Origin: a virus
IMG/VR virus record: IMGVR_UViG_3300030329_003201
Span: 1-64,000 of that record
DNA: 64,000 nucleotides
Strand: one strand, 5' to 3'
Positions 45,955 to 55,938 of this stretch are shown here, in pieces (positions within the stretch are counted from its first letter, which is position 1; each line of letters opens with the position of its first letter). The notes below the pieces were generated by a model. It was not told where the DNA came from. It searched no databases and worked only from the letters and a program-made list of their open reading frames with translations. The translations under genes were made by a program, and so were the position numbers.

Positions 45955-46593
45955 CTAACCTTTGTACTTTTGAATGTGTCCCGTCAAGAAACCAATAGTT
46001 GCAGTTCCTGCCGGTGATGAAGGGTCGAAAAAACGATACTCCAAACTATATGTACGATTTGACGTGTCACTTAGATTTTCGTTTTTCACGAGATGGGTAA
46101 TCTGAAACGGAAAGGTGCAGGGAAACTTGAGAGTAGGGCTTGGGTGCCGTCCCACCTGAAAGTGCCGCTGCGTGTGTGGAAGCGTAACAGGCGTTCCATC
46201 TTTCATTTCAGCCATGCGAACACCCAGCCATTGCGGAAAAACACTAACCCCAGAAGTTGTGCCTCCCTCTAATCGAACTTCTCCAGAAAACCTCACAATA
46301 GCGGCATAGCAGTCAGCCATAGCAACAGACACTGAAAAGCTCGTAGTTGGATGCGAAGCCCAGTTACTACCAGTTGACGGAACGCTCACACGGCCCCATG
46401 TTGAGTAAGTTGCTGCGTGGCCCGATTCCTCACAAATCGGAAAAGCAACATTGCGCTTATCGATTCCCTCAACTCGAATGTTCTGTTGGTTTATCTGAGA
46501 CAGTCCAGTCTCGATGTCATCTTGAAGTTGATTATTTCTGGTAATGCCAGTGGTAGTGCCAGGGGAAACCGTTGTCAATCGAACTCTGCTCAT
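45955..46593 (-). CDS. putative tail protein
   Basis: 212 aa in the tail operon. Confidence 0.6.
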   Translation of the reverse strand: MSRVRLTTVSPGTTTGITRNNQLQDDIETGLSQINQQNIRVEGIDKRNVAFPICEESGHAATYSTWGRVSVPSTGSNWASHPTTSFSVSVAMADCYAAIVRFSGEVRLEGGTTSGVSVFPQWLGVRMAEMKDGTPVTLPHTQRHFQVGRHPSPTLKFPCTFPFQITHLVKNENLSDTSNRTYSLEYRFFDPSSPAGTATIGFLTGHIQKYKG

Positions 46594-47264
46594 CGCGCCC
46601 TCTTTGTGATGACCAACTCACCAGACATCCATCTGAAAAAACCAGCATCATAGTAGTCTGCCTGATCGGTCCACTTCGCAAGATCTGATTCGTCATGTGT
46701 TGATGTTTCGTAGAACCTTGCAACAAGTCGTACCTCATGGGAACCCATAGAAACAGGCAACGCGCCGCACAAGAACGTATTGTTTTTTATCAAGTATCTT
46801 GTGTGAGGCCCCGCGTATGCGACCTGAAATCCGTCCACTAAAAGCTGAAACTCAATACGCATGTGATCGTGAAAATCATTTTCGGTAGAAGCAATGCTTG
46901 CCGCAGGATCTAAATTTCCCGCAATTGAGCCTCCTTTCTTTAGTTTGATTTCCCAACTGATAGCAGCTTCAACAATCAAAAGCGTGTCTGTAGAAATAGT
47001 TAAATCAGTTTTAGTAAGTGGCGTATCAATCCAAGCCTGAGAATCAATATCAACTGTTGCTGGAGCACCAAGGTATTTGTATTCAAAGGTATTAAACACA
47101 GACGGTGGTGCCTGTGTGCCCACAGTAATGCACTCATCTGGAAGATTGTCGCGATCCAGACCACCATTGATCTCTTCAACATAGTGAGCCATGTTCAAGT
47201 TCCAGTCATCCGCCGAAACCACGTCCCCATCTTGAAAGTCTTTTACTGGGTATTTCCAAGCCAT
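46590..47264 (-). CDS. putative tail (fibre-attachment) protein
   Basis: F.DGDVVSA.DWN.N...INGGLD.DN N-terminus. Confidence 0.6.
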   Translation of the reverse strand: MAWKYPVKDFQDGDVVSADDWNLNMAHYVEEINGGLDRDNLPDECITVGTQAPPSVFNTFEYKYLGAPATVDIDSQAWIDTPLTKTDLTISTDTLLIVEAAISWEIKLKKGGSIAGNLDPAASIASTENDFHDHMRIEFQLLVDGFQVAYAGPHTRYLIKNNTFLCGALPVSMGSHEVRLVARFYETSTHDESDLAKWTDQADYYDAGFFRWMSGELVITKRAR

Positions 47265-49489
47265 TATCGCCTCGACTGAAGGAGTACTTCGTTAATTGGA
47301 AGACGTTCAACCATCGCACCAGCAGACAATCCAAGATCGAACCCTAAGACTTCAATCTGTCGTCCAGCGGCCTGCAAGGTAATCCTAAGTTCCCGACAAG
47401 CAGGTTGAGACGATGTAGATATGTCGAACCTAACAGGAACGGGAACGTATTCATTCCAGATTGCAGACGTTTCTCCCCACCGCTGAGTTCCATATACTCC
47501 CAACCTGTGCTCAACATTTTGTTGGTCTTGGCCTTTGGCAGCAACCTCAACATCCTCAATGTGACGGTTCACCCTGTACTTTAGTTCTATATCGTTATCG
47601 CCATAACCAATGGTATGAACCAGAACATACTTTGGATTTACCGCATTAAAAACACCACCAAAGTTAATATCGATTGATTCCCACATTGGAGAAATACTGT
47701 GTGATCCTTTTGTGCTCCAGCCATGTGAGTAGACATGAATGCCGGGATTCGAGGTGTTGTCGTTCGAACCAAAGAACAAATACTTACGATGGTCAGAAGT
47801 GACAACGGAGCAAGACATAGGGTAGTTCTCACGAAACGACCAGCCTCCCACATCTCTATGGAACACAAAGACGTGGTTGTTTTTCTCAGACCCATCAATC
47901 GGAACAGCAAGCCAGTATTCAGAATCTTCTGGATACCATGTGCCAACTGCCTGAATAGCTGCGGACATGTTGATTCTTTTGAACTCATCAGGGATGGCAT
48001 CTGAAAGTCTGGTTAGACCAGAAGTTTCCCCGCTTCCTGATAAAGCACCTTTCAACAAGTAAATGCCGCCATCACTTAAAAAGATGACGCCAACGTTAGG
48101 AATCTCCACAATGCTGTCGGGAGCACAGCACCCAGCATCTCTTGTGTAAACAGCAGAACCTAAAGAGCCATCCGCTCGCTTTGATATGTAGTGAATACCC
48201 CTGCGCTTCAACACCCAAAGGGCACCCCTTGATGGGTATAGGCCCATTACCGAACCACCGTCGTCATCACCAAAGGTGAATACGTTGTCTACTGGAAACA
48301 CTTCCGGTTGTAACGGCGCTGAGTAACGAACGTCCCCATCGCTGCACGCAATGAAGACCCGGTTTTCATGAGAAGCAATAAGGTGAGCACCTTGAGGAAA
48401 TTCACCAAAGTCAAGGGGGTCCACCTCTGGACCCAACAGACCATCTGGAATGCCGTCAACATAGGTTGTAGAGACATTGTCCTGAATCTCTTCAAGAAAG
48501 TAGAACCGCTCGCTTACAGCTAGGGATGCTGGATCACCGTTAGTGTTCAACACGTTTACGGTCCTGTAAATCCTTCTCGCAACCACTGTGTCACCGCCAG
48601 TTGGAATCGCAAGATTGATGAACTTTCTCCAAGTATTATGATCGCCCTCTGTCGGTTTGTCTGCTTTGACCTGTGCTTTCGAGCCTTGTGTGTTGTCTTG
48701 TCTTCCAATAATTGTGCTACAAGCTGGACTCAATGGCGATTCTTGCCCGCGTTCATTTACAAAACTTACCCTGTATCTGTAACCAAACAGGAGGCGTGGA
48801 TCGTCCTTCTCAAATTCACTATCTGTCCCGGTCCTTCCCAGGCCAAGTCCACGAGTAATCGTACATGCTTCACGAGTCTCGTTTCCAGACGGACTTCCAG
48901 GCGGCCCGTCAAACCCTGCACGCTCAACATAACGACCGTTGAACACCATGGGGGGATCCCTACCGTTCACAAGGTACATAAGGCCATTCCACGCAACGGA
49001 TTGAGTCCTAATGTGTGGGGTGGTCACCTCAACCCTAGACTCCATTGTGTCGCCTTTACCGTTGACGAATGTAGTCCACTTGTTGCCTGAATCTCCCCCA
49101 TCGAAATAGTGAAACTTCAAACCTTCCCCGTCATGATTTCCCTCAAAGACAAGGAACTGACGCGCTCCACCATGTTGAGAAAACCAATGAAGGCTTTCGA
49201 TTTCCCCGAAGTCTTGAAAATGTGCGCCCGTTCGAGTAGAGGTAGAAGTTGATGTGGAGGTTGTAGTCGTCTCAAGGTCACCAGACCCAGTTGTTTCGGT
49301 TGTCTCGGTCGTTGTGGTGATCGTTACTGTCCCATCGGGAACAATAGGTTGAAACCCTCCAGCGGCCTTCCAGCTATCCTTTACGGTGTAGTACATGTCG
49401 CTGATACGACGCGCAGTAACATCAGAGCCAGGCAGCCATCGTTGATCCATCGTCCTCAGTGGACGTATGCCAAATAGTTTCGCTTTCAC
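47264..49489 (-). CDS. tail nozzle / tubular protein B (P22 gp10-like beta-propeller)
   Basis: 741 aa, propeller-like repeats (NG.D.P, NRVF, V.YS, G..FLS.GG.Y, YWLAVP) and position. Confidence 0.75.
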   Translation of the reverse strand: MKAKLFGIRPLRTMDQRWLPGSDVTARRISDMYYTVKDSWKAAGGFQPIVPDGTVTITTTTETTETTGSGDLETTTTSTSTSTSTRTGAHFQDFGEIESLHWFSQHGGARQFLVFEGNHDGEGLKFHYFDGGDSGNKWTTFVNGKGDTMESRVEVTTPHIRTQSVAWNGLMYLVNGRDPPMVFNGRYVERAGFDGPPGSPSGNETREACTITRGLGLGRTGTDSEFEKDDPRLLFGYRYRVSFVNERGQESPLSPACSTIIGRQDNTQGSKAQVKADKPTEGDHNTWRKFINLAIPTGGDTVVARRIYRTVNVLNTNGDPASLAVSERFYFLEEIQDNVSTTYVDGIPDGLLGPEVDPLDFGEFPQGAHLIASHENRVFIACSDGDVRYSAPLQPEVFPVDNVFTFGDDDGGSVMGLYPSRGALWVLKRRGIHYISKRADGSLGSAVYTRDAGCCAPDSIVEIPNVGVIFLSDGGIYLLKGALSGSGETSGLTRLSDAIPDEFKRINMSAAIQAVGTWYPEDSEYWLAVPIDGSEKNNHVFVFHRDVGGWSFRENYPMSCSVVTSDHRKYLFFGSNDNTSNPGIHVYSHGWSTKGSHSISPMWESIDINFGGVFNAVNPKYVLVHTIGYGDNDIELKYRVNRHIEDVEVAAKGQDQQNVEHRLGVYGTQRWGETSAIWNEYVPVPVRFDISTSSQPACRELRITLQAAGRQIEVLGFDLGLSAGAMVERLPINEVLLQSRR

Positions 49490-50160
49490 TTGGTTTCTTC
49501 CTCCATTTCTCGGAGAAACTTATTCCAAAACCCTTTGCTTGTGGTGTTGGATCTTGCCCAAGATTGAAGCTGATCTCGCCCAGAAATAACAGACGGTAGG
49601 TAATACCTTGTATGTCCAGACAGCGGATCTTTAGTTCGAATGGCTTTCTTTACTCGCCCAATACCCGCATTGTAGGACTGAACAGCAACATCCATGTCTC
49701 CGCCCGCCCACTTTCTCATCATGTTTAGGTACTTTGCCCCAGCATGAATGGCCAACTCTGGATTCAAGCGATCATCTAGTTCATACCCAGGCATCACTTC
49801 ATTCCATGTTGGTGGAGTGAACTGCATCAGCCCAAGGTCATTGGTTGGGCCTCTTGCATCTGCTCTACCCCCTGATTCTTTACCAGCAATAGATGCCAGG
49901 ATGTATGGGTCTACATCATACTCATCGCCGTACTGCTCAAAAAGCGAGCCGTAATCCTTCCAGGCTCTCTTTGCTCCATCAAATACATTTTTCGCATATC
50001 TCTCTGTTTCTTCTGATTCCAGAGTATCAACGACAGACCAGACGGGCGAAGGCGGTGGCTCAACTTCAACCATTGCCGAAGGGTTCTTCGCGTCTTCAGC
50101 AGCAGCGATTTCTGCGTCCTGATAATGCCCTCGAATGATGTCGTATATGCTTGAACCCAC
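49486..50160 (-). CDS. lytic transglycosylase (SLT family)
   Basis: VDP.IL.SI..KESGG, GLMQF.P.T, GAKYL, SYNAG.G.V, TR.YL. Confidence 0.92.
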   Translation of the reverse strand: MGSSIYDIIRGHYQDAEIAAAEDAKNPSAMVEVEPPPSPVWSVVDTLESEETERYAKNVFDGAKRAWKDYGSLFEQYGDEYDVDPYILASIAGKESGGRADARGPTNDLGLMQFTPPTWNEVMPGYELDDRLNPELAIHAGAKYLNMMRKWAGGDMDVAVQSYNAGIGRVKKAIRTKDPLSGHTRYYLPSVISGRDQLQSWARSNTTSKGFWNKFLREMEEETK

Positions 50161-50163
50161 AAA

Positions 50164-50529
50164 TCACCCAATCTGTCCGTAAGTTACCAAGTCTGTTTGC
50201 CGTTTCTGTTCCATCCGTTGGAGTTCAGGAATGTTATCTAGTTCCTCTAAGTAGTTGAAAACACGACCATATTCTCTATCAATTCGTGGCCAATCTGCAC
50301 CAATAGTCTTTAGGTTTTCAATCTCCTGTTCATAAGGAGGAAGCACTTCGGCCTGAGCCTGACGACGAATAGCTCCGGTATCAGCGCCCTGTTTCTTGAT
50401 AGGCGCAGGTCCAGACCCGTGGACAGTGGGGATTCCTTTGTCGCGTGCCTCCCGAGACATCCGAGAAAAAGGATCCCTGTTAGTCACGGGTGATACATCG
50501 AACTCCTTCATAGGGTCTTTCGTCGCCAT
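50164..50529 (-). CDS. hypothetical protein
   Basis: 121-aa ORF. Confidence 0.65.
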   Translation of the reverse strand: MATKDPMKEFDVSPVTNRDPFSRMSREARDKGIPTVHGSGPAPIKKQGADTGAIRRQAQAEVLPPYEQEIENLKTIGADWPRIDREYGRVFNYLEELDNIPELQRMEQKRQTDLVTYGQIG

Positions 50530-50537
50530 AAATCATC

Positions 50538-51830
50538 TCACGTTTTAGAGGGAGCACCGTATAGGTATCCAAAACCTCGCGACATATCATTAAATGGTTG
50601 TCGTCGATAAATGCGGTCTGCCCTATCAAGGTACTTCTTTTTCATCTGAAGAATCCGCTCAGTCGCCATCCTCTCGTACAGTTCGCCCACCTGAGATTGT
50701 CCGTATTGTCGATACAGTTCAGCCACTGTCTTGTAGACTAGAATCATGTGGTACTGAGGAGGGAACTGGGGAACGTCTGTGTCCCCAATGAGCCTATGAG
50801 GCCTTACATGGTAACGAATCTCGCAGGTAAGATCTGAGTCTGGACGACGATAAACGCTCAACCACTCTCGTGGAAGCTGTTCAAACAAAGGCGCGTCGTT
50901 CTGTGCTGCCAACCCTGTGTCACGGAAAGTCTGGTCAGAGCTTGGCACAGCAAACGTAAGAGTCCCGCTGTTTGGGGCAACCTCACCAATCTTAAAGAAG
51001 CCCGTATTCTTCGTCGCGTTTCGTCGGTAAATGATTTTTCTGGATCTAATATCAAAGGTTCCAGGTGGGTTTTCCCACATCAAATCAACACCTTGACCGC
51101 CTGATGTTGTGGTAACAGACACTACGGCAGACGGCGGAGACTCCATTCCCTCTGATTCAAGGGTCATGCAATACTCGTAGTTGGTCGCAGTTTCAAGCGT
51201 GCCAACACTAGAAGTAATGTTTGCTGTAAGCTGAAGCTCTTGCAAAGAAAGCATGTCCGACTGGTCTTCAAGAACGATGATCGGATCGCCAGATGTTGTT
51301 CGGTCCAGAATGAACTGCTCTTCCCGTCGCGGATCGATGTAAGTCAACCGGGTATCTTTAGCGCCAGACGTGAACTCATCACGAACCGTGATGCCCAAAA
51401 AGTCCACCATGTCTTTTGGAAACCGGACCACGTCAAAAAGAATAGACCAGCTTGAAGATGTTGCGGTTGTCCCTTCATAAGGGCTCATCAAGATCAGCGC
51501 GTTTGGCGATGCGCCCGTATCAACATTTGTAATTCGATGTTCTACATCGTCAGGACCCTTGAAGGTCATCCCCTCCATATGGGTTCCAAACGTATAGGCA
51601 CTGCTCGTAACGATATGGCTTCCGCTCGTGACGGTAACGTCTACAGATCCTGTGATGTCTGCATACAGGGTTTGCTTGGTTCGTTTGTTTAGAAATCGCC
51701 AGGGAGATTCAGACGCAATCTCTTCGTAATGGCGGTTGATAATACGAACAATACTGTTGGTGTGTGTATTGATGTTGGGGTTGTGATCAATCAACCCGTT
51801 CACCTCAGCAATCAGATCTTTTAGAATCAT
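50538..51830 (-). CDS. head-tail adaptor / tail tubular protein A with inserted beta domains
   Basis: IN..Y.EI....PW.FL, L..DTDVP.FP..YH..LVY. Confidence 0.75.
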   Translation of the reverse strand: MILKDLIAEVNGLIDHNPNINTHTNSIVRIINRHYEEIASESPWRFLNKRTKQTLYADITGSVDVTVTSGSHIVTSSAYTFGTHMEGMTFKGPDDVEHRITNVDTGASPNALILMSPYEGTTATSSSWSILFDVVRFPKDMVDFLGITVRDEFTSGAKDTRLTYIDPRREEQFILDRTTSGDPIIVLEDQSDMLSLQELQLTANITSSVGTLETATNYEYCMTLESEGMESPPSAVVSVTTTSGGQGVDLMWENPPGTFDIRSRKIIYRRNATKNTGFFKIGEVAPNSGTLTFAVPSSDQTFRDTGLAAQNDAPLFEQLPREWLSVYRRPDSDLTCEIRYHVRPHRLIGDTDVPQFPPQYHMILVYKTVAELYRQYGQSQVGELYERMATERILQMKKKYLDRADRIYRRQPFNDMSRGFGYLYGAPSKT

Positions 51831-51842
51831 ACAGCCTCCAAT

Positions 51843-51879
51843 AAAAAAGCCCCTCGCAAGTATAGCTCACGAGGGGCTT
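51843..51879 (-). terminator. rho-independent terminator after the capsid cement gene
   Basis: AAGCCCCTCG/CGAGGGGCTT stem followed by a T-run on the - strand. Confidence 0.75.
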
Positions 51880-51902
51880 CAAAGTAATGACAACCTAACG
51901 GT

Positions 51903-52367
51903 CTAGAAGTAGCCCTGGTTGATAATCATCACATCGGCAGTGTTCGTTCCACCACCACCGGGCTCGTCCTCAAGTGCAACACCACAGATGGTGTAGTCGA
52001 GAGCAGCCGCAACCGACGTGGGGTCGATTGTCGTGGCCTCAGCAACACGACCAGAGGTAGAGGTTGCAAGCAGACGATCTCCCTGCGTCACGCTAGTGGC
52101 AACGTTTGCGTCCTCGTACTTTCCTGCAACTTGGACAACCACATCTTCGCCAGCAGCAACCGTTTGAGTAGCAATGCCGAAAATCAGGCCCTCGTTTTGA
52201 CCAGTAACATTTGAGTCAGCGCATGAACCGCCAAGACCATTGGTATCGTCGGTGGTTAGCATAACCCAAGAACCTGCCGTACAAGCAGCAGATGCATAAA
52301 GGGTAACGAACTTTTTAGGAAAGTGGCTGATACCTTGATCGCCAATTCCGCGTTTATAAACACTCAT
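51903..52367 (-). CDS. capsid cement/decoration protein (DUF2190-like)
   Basis: GIA...VAAGE.V.VQV.G...V..GD.L......G...GVALE; follows the capsid gene. Confidence 0.7.
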   Translation of the reverse strand: MSVYKRGIGDQGISHFPKKFVTLYASAACTAGSWVMLTTDDTNGLGGSCADSNVTGQNEGLIFGIATQTVAAGEDVVVQVAGKYEDANVATSVTQGDRLLATSTSGRVAEATTIDPTSVAAALDYTICGVALEDEPGGGGTNTADVMIINQGYF

Positions 52368-52396
52368 TTCTTAATCCTCTCATGAGTATGGTTTGT

Positions 52397-52422
52397 AAAA
52401 AGAAAGGGGGCGAATGCCCCCC
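52397..52422 (-). terminator. rho-independent terminator after the major capsid gene
   Basis: GGGGGC-ATTC-GCCCCC-TTTCTTTTT on the - strand. Confidence 0.75.
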
Positions 52423-52436
52423 CTCAGGAGTCAACT

Positions 52437-53495
52437 TTAGAACGTTTCACCGTCATAAGCAATACCGGAAGAACCGAGGTGCTTAGCGACAAGCTGTCCG
52501 TAGAGACGGACGGTTGCACTACGCACATCGTACTCACCCGAGATCTTCTCGAATGGGCTCACCTCGAAGTATCCTTCGGAATCGAAGATGAAGTGAATGT
52601 CATCAAGATTCAACAGGTAGAAGCTGATGGTGCAGGTGCTGTGAGTCGTGGTGTTGGTAGGCATGTAGTACTCAGTCTCCATGCGGATACCGTCCCACAT
52701 CTGGGTCATGCGACCACCGTCCAGCTTCTCCTCGTCAACGTAGCGCTCGAATGCACGAAGAGCACGCTTGAGGTTCTTGGTTCCCTCGCGAGAAGCCAGC
52801 CAGATGTGGGGGTCACCACCGGGCGAAACAGCAGCAGTCTCTACGCGGAGGTCTTGCAGGGCTGCAAGTCCATTTGCGTTGAAGCTACTAGCGATGTTTG
52901 CGCGTTGGTTCTGCCAACCGGGGACGCCAGAGTAGGTAGCCTTGCTGATACCACCAACGGTGTTGCCCTGAGCGCCAACGGCGTTCTCCTCAAGGAAACC
53001 AGTAAAGGTAGCAGCGGTAGCACCGTTCAGGGTGTTCCAATCGGCGTAGCCACCAGCATCAACACCTTCAACGATTCGACGCAGAAGGTTACGACGCATA
53101 GCGCCCATGACGGATTTGGTGCGTGCATCAAGGATGCTGATCACAGCAGCTTCACCACGGTTCTTGATCTCTTCATCTTTGGAGATCGCGATAGGCATGG
53201 TGACGTGAGCGGGCACATATGCTGCCGGAATGAGAACGTCCTGAACGGAAAGGTTCAGCTTCTCGTATCCGCTTTGCATACGGGTCGCGTTGCTGTGCTC
53301 CTCGAATCCAAGAGGCTCAAGGTAACGGGTTCCACCCTCAACGCGGGGGTTACCTTTACCGTGTACTTCCTCATGCACGTCGATAAGAGCGGTTGTTCGT
53401 GCCAAGTTGTCGCGAAACTCATCGGCAAGAAGATAGAGTGTGGACGAGAGTAGCTCGTCGCTAATATTCAGACTGTCAGTTTGAACCATTGACAT
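52437..53495 (-). CDS. major capsid protein (HK97 fold)
   Basis: 352 aa after the scaffold; STL, GG....PL, IS..E...N.GE..., GGIS.ATY..WQN, YLLN, YGQL; strong codon bias. Confidence 0.85.
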   Translation of the reverse strand: MSMVQTDSLNISDELLSSTLYLLADEFRDNLARTTALIDVHEEVHGKGNPRVEGGTRYLEPLGFEEHSNATRMQSGYEKLNLSVQDVLIPAAYVPAHVTMPIAISKDEEIKNRGEAAVISILDARTKSVMGAMRRNLLRRIVEGVDAGGYADWNTLNGATAATFTGFLEENAVGAQGNTVGGISKATYSGVPGWQNQRANIASSFNANGLAALQDLRVETAAVSPGGDPHIWLASREGTKNLKRALRAFERYVDEEKLDGGRMTQMWDGIRMETEYYMPTNTTTHSTCTISFYLLNLDDIHFIFDSEGYFEVSPFEKISGEYDVRSATVRLYGQLVAKHLGSSGIAYDGETF

Positions 53496-53513
53496 GGCTT
53501 ATTTCCTCGGGGA

Positions 53514-54554
53514 TTAACGTTTGAGTCCAGACTTGCGGTATCGCAAGGCTTCTTCGGGGTTTGCCTTGACCCAAGCATAAAGCTCGTGCGCCTTGGCTCC
53601 TTTCGGAGGACCCGACGTACCCTTCGCGTTGCCTTTGCCACGACCGATTTGACGGGCCGCTGCGGCTCTGGCTTGGCGATCCCTCTGACGAGTTCGTTCT
53701 TCAGCAATAGCTCCACGACGTGACTTCACCAACTCATATGCGTCTGGCGTGCTGATCGAGTAACCCATCTTCTGGCGGTCGCGGATGACATCTGCCATTT
53801 CCTTCTGGAAAGCCTTATCCTTCATTTCAGGATGGCTTGCGACGAAATCGCTCAAGGCAGCCTTCTTAGACTCCCGCTGGGTGATTTCATGCACCGGGTT
53901 GATCAGTGATTGCAGCTTTTCAGCAGCGGCACGCTCAATACGCGCCTCAAGTCCTTCCGGGGTGTTGATATCTGGAAGGTTGTCCTTAGACTGGCTAAGG
54001 ATAGACTTGAGTTGAGGATTGTCTAAAAGCTCAGAGAACGCCTTCTGACGATTCACGAACTCGCGTTCTTGAGCCTTCAGTTGGTTTTGGCGCTCTTGGT
54101 ACTTTGCCTCAAGCTCTCTCGCTGCAAGCGAATCTTTTTGACGCTTGTTGTGATAATCACGACGGAGATTGTGAATGACGCGCTTCGACAGTGGGTCGAG
54201 TTTGTCTAGATGCTCCGGCTTGATTCCCTTATAGAATCCGTCCAGATCGAGAATTTCATCTCGGGGTAGGTCGGATGTCAGCAGATCAAACTCCTTGGGC
54301 GGCGCTTCACTTGCCGCCTGGGCTCCATCTGTTGCGTCAACCTCTCCCCGAGTCCCAGAACCACTAGCTACATCTGATGTCACACCTCGATCAGCATCCA
54401 TACCGCTTTCACTTGCTGCGGAATGACCTGTTGCTTCAGCCGGGGAAGCTTGGGCGGTCGTATCCACAGAAGGTGAAGAGACGGCGGACCCTGAGTCGTT
54501 AGGTGCTCCAGCGTCAGCGCTAGATACCGGGTTGCTCAGTTCGGTGTCAGCCAT
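53514..54554 (-). CDS. capsid scaffolding protein
   Basis: Disordered acidic N-terminus, DY.NK.Q coiled coil, AYELVK; directly upstream of the capsid gene. Confidence 0.8.
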   Translation of the reverse strand: MADTELSNPVSSADAGAPNDSGSAVSSPSVDTTAQASPAEATGHSAASESGMDADRGVTSDVASGSGTRGEVDATDGAQAASEAPPKEFDLLTSDLPRDEILDLDGFYKGIKPEHLDKLDPLSKRVIHNLRRDYHNKRQKDSLAARELEAKYQERQNQLKAQEREFVNRQKAFSELLDNPQLKSILSQSKDNLPDINTPEGLEARIERAAAEKLQSLINPVHEITQRESKKAALSDFVASHPEMKDKAFQKEMADVIRDRQKMGYSISTPDAYELVKSRRGAIAEERTRQRDRQARAAAARQIGRGKGNAKGTSGPPKGAKAHELYAWVKANPEEALRYRKSGLKR

Positions 54555-54594
54555 TTTTTCTCCTAAACAGGCTAAAGGGTGCCTGTTGGATTTG

Positions 54595-54623
54595 ATTATG
54601 CAATGCGCTTATTCGCTTTGCAA
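54595..54623 (-). promoter_or_regulatory. putative promoter for scaffold-capsid genes
   Basis: TTGCAA-17 bp-CATAAT on the - strand. Confidence 0.55.
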
Positions 54624-54652
54624 GGTTCAGTAATATAACAACTTATATGAAG

Positions 54653-55297
54653 CTACATATTCTCCATCAAGAGATCTGCTTCTTCATCATCCATTGGAAG
54701 CTCTTCTTCCGCACCAGGAGGCATAGGAGCGCCTTCCGGTCCTGCCCCTTCCATACCAACAGGCTCTTGGAGCATATTGGCAAGTTCTTGGTTCTTTGCC
54801 ATCAGTTTTAATTTTGCAGTTGCAGAACGAACGGAAGAATCATCGACAAGAGTCGTGGCGTCAAAGTTTTGATCAGCAAACTTTCCTTCCACGTCGATCA
54901 TGCGGACAGCTTCAGACAGTGCTGCCGCTGGAGCAAAGATTTCAGGAGGAAGGGGCATGTCCCACTTGTCTCCTTTTCCAACCATCTCGGGATTAGGCGT
55001 CCATTCTGGCAACGGAAGATCCTCTCCGGCAAGAAAATCGATGGTTTTGTCAAGCTCTCCAGCAAATGACTTAATAATTTTGATTGAGTAAGGCTTAGTT
55101 GGTGGTGGCGCAAAGGCTCCAACTTGTTCCATTTGTGCTTGACCCACCTCTTGACCAGCCTGAGAAACCATTTCTGGCGTTACTTCCCCACCGGGAGGAG
55201 GCATTTCTCCTGCCCCAGGGGGCATCGGCATGTTTGGGTCAAAACCAGGATCGCCTGGGTATGGAAGATTTTCACCTGTTACGGGATCGACTGGCAT
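54653..55297 (-). CDS. Pro/Met-rich acidic head-region protein
   Basis: 214 aa; starts MPVDPVTGENLPYPG; AGGAG RBS. Confidence 0.75.
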   Translation of the reverse strand: MPVDPVTGENLPYPGDPGFDPNMPMPPGAGEMPPPGGEVTPEMVSQAGQEVGQAQMEQVGAFAPPPTKPYSIKIIKSFAGELDKTIDFLAGEDLPLPEWTPNPEMVGKGDKWDMPLPPEIFAPAAALSEAVRMIDVEGKFADQNFDATTLVDDSSVRSATAKLKLMAKNQELANMLQEPVGMEGAGPEGAPMPPGAEEELPMDDEEADLLMENM

Positions 55298-55315
55298 TTG
55301 GGATCTCCTTGTAAA

Positions 55316-55936
55316 TCAATCTAGGGGAAGCATATCAGGAACTTGGCCCGCGTCACGCGCTTTTCGCCAATCTTTGTATGCTGGGTCGTTTTCAAGTCTG
55401 TCTACATAATCTTTGTAGACTTCTGTTTCTTCATCAATCTCTTTGTCGGCTTTACTAAAGTGATAGTCCATATCCCAATCACCATCGACTGGTGTGAGTC
55501 CTTGCTGTTTGCAAACCTCACGTCGATGCCGCTCCGACTTTAGAACCATACCAAGGCCCCGGTCATAGTAGGGATACCGCGCCCAGTGCATGTCGAGCTT
55601 CATCTTGTAGATTCGCTTAGCAGTTCCACTGCACCGCTCAAGCTCACACTCAACTTCCTCAACGTTACCTTTAAACCATTCAAACGTAACGTGAGTACAC
55701 TTCTCGCACTTGAACTGCATCAAGCGCTCTTTCTTCATGAACTCATCTACCGGCTGTCCTTCACCGTAAAGGACGTGCATGTTCTTCTGCTTCGGCGGTG
55801 GCCGCCAATTAATCTCTCGATGAAGAGCAACTTCACCACACTTTTCGCATTCTGTTTCTTTTGGGCGGCTGTTTATGCCCGAAAAAATATCAGTCTCGTG
55901 ATTACACGAAGAACAGTCGTATGTATAGATTGGCAT
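55316..55936 (-). CDS. FmdB-type zinc-ribbon protein (two ribbons)
   Basis: MPIYTYDCSSC...CEKCG and FKCEKC...C....C; follows the portal gene. Confidence 0.8.
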   Translation of the reverse strand: MPIYTYDCSSCNHETDIFSGINSRPKETECEKCGEVALHREINWRPPPKQKNMHVLYGEGQPVDEFMKKERLMQFKCEKCTHVTFEWFKGNVEEVECELERCSGTAKRIYKMKLDMHWARYPYYDRGLGMVLKSERHRREVCKQQGLTPVDGDWDMDYHFSKADKEIDEETEVYKDYVDRLENDPAYKDWRKARDAGQVPDMLPLD

Positions 55937-55938
55937 CG

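Noticed and set aside
52479-53453. 324-aa antisense ORF over the major capsid gene
   Set aside because: In-register shadow of a strongly codon-biased gene, with no recognisable motif.
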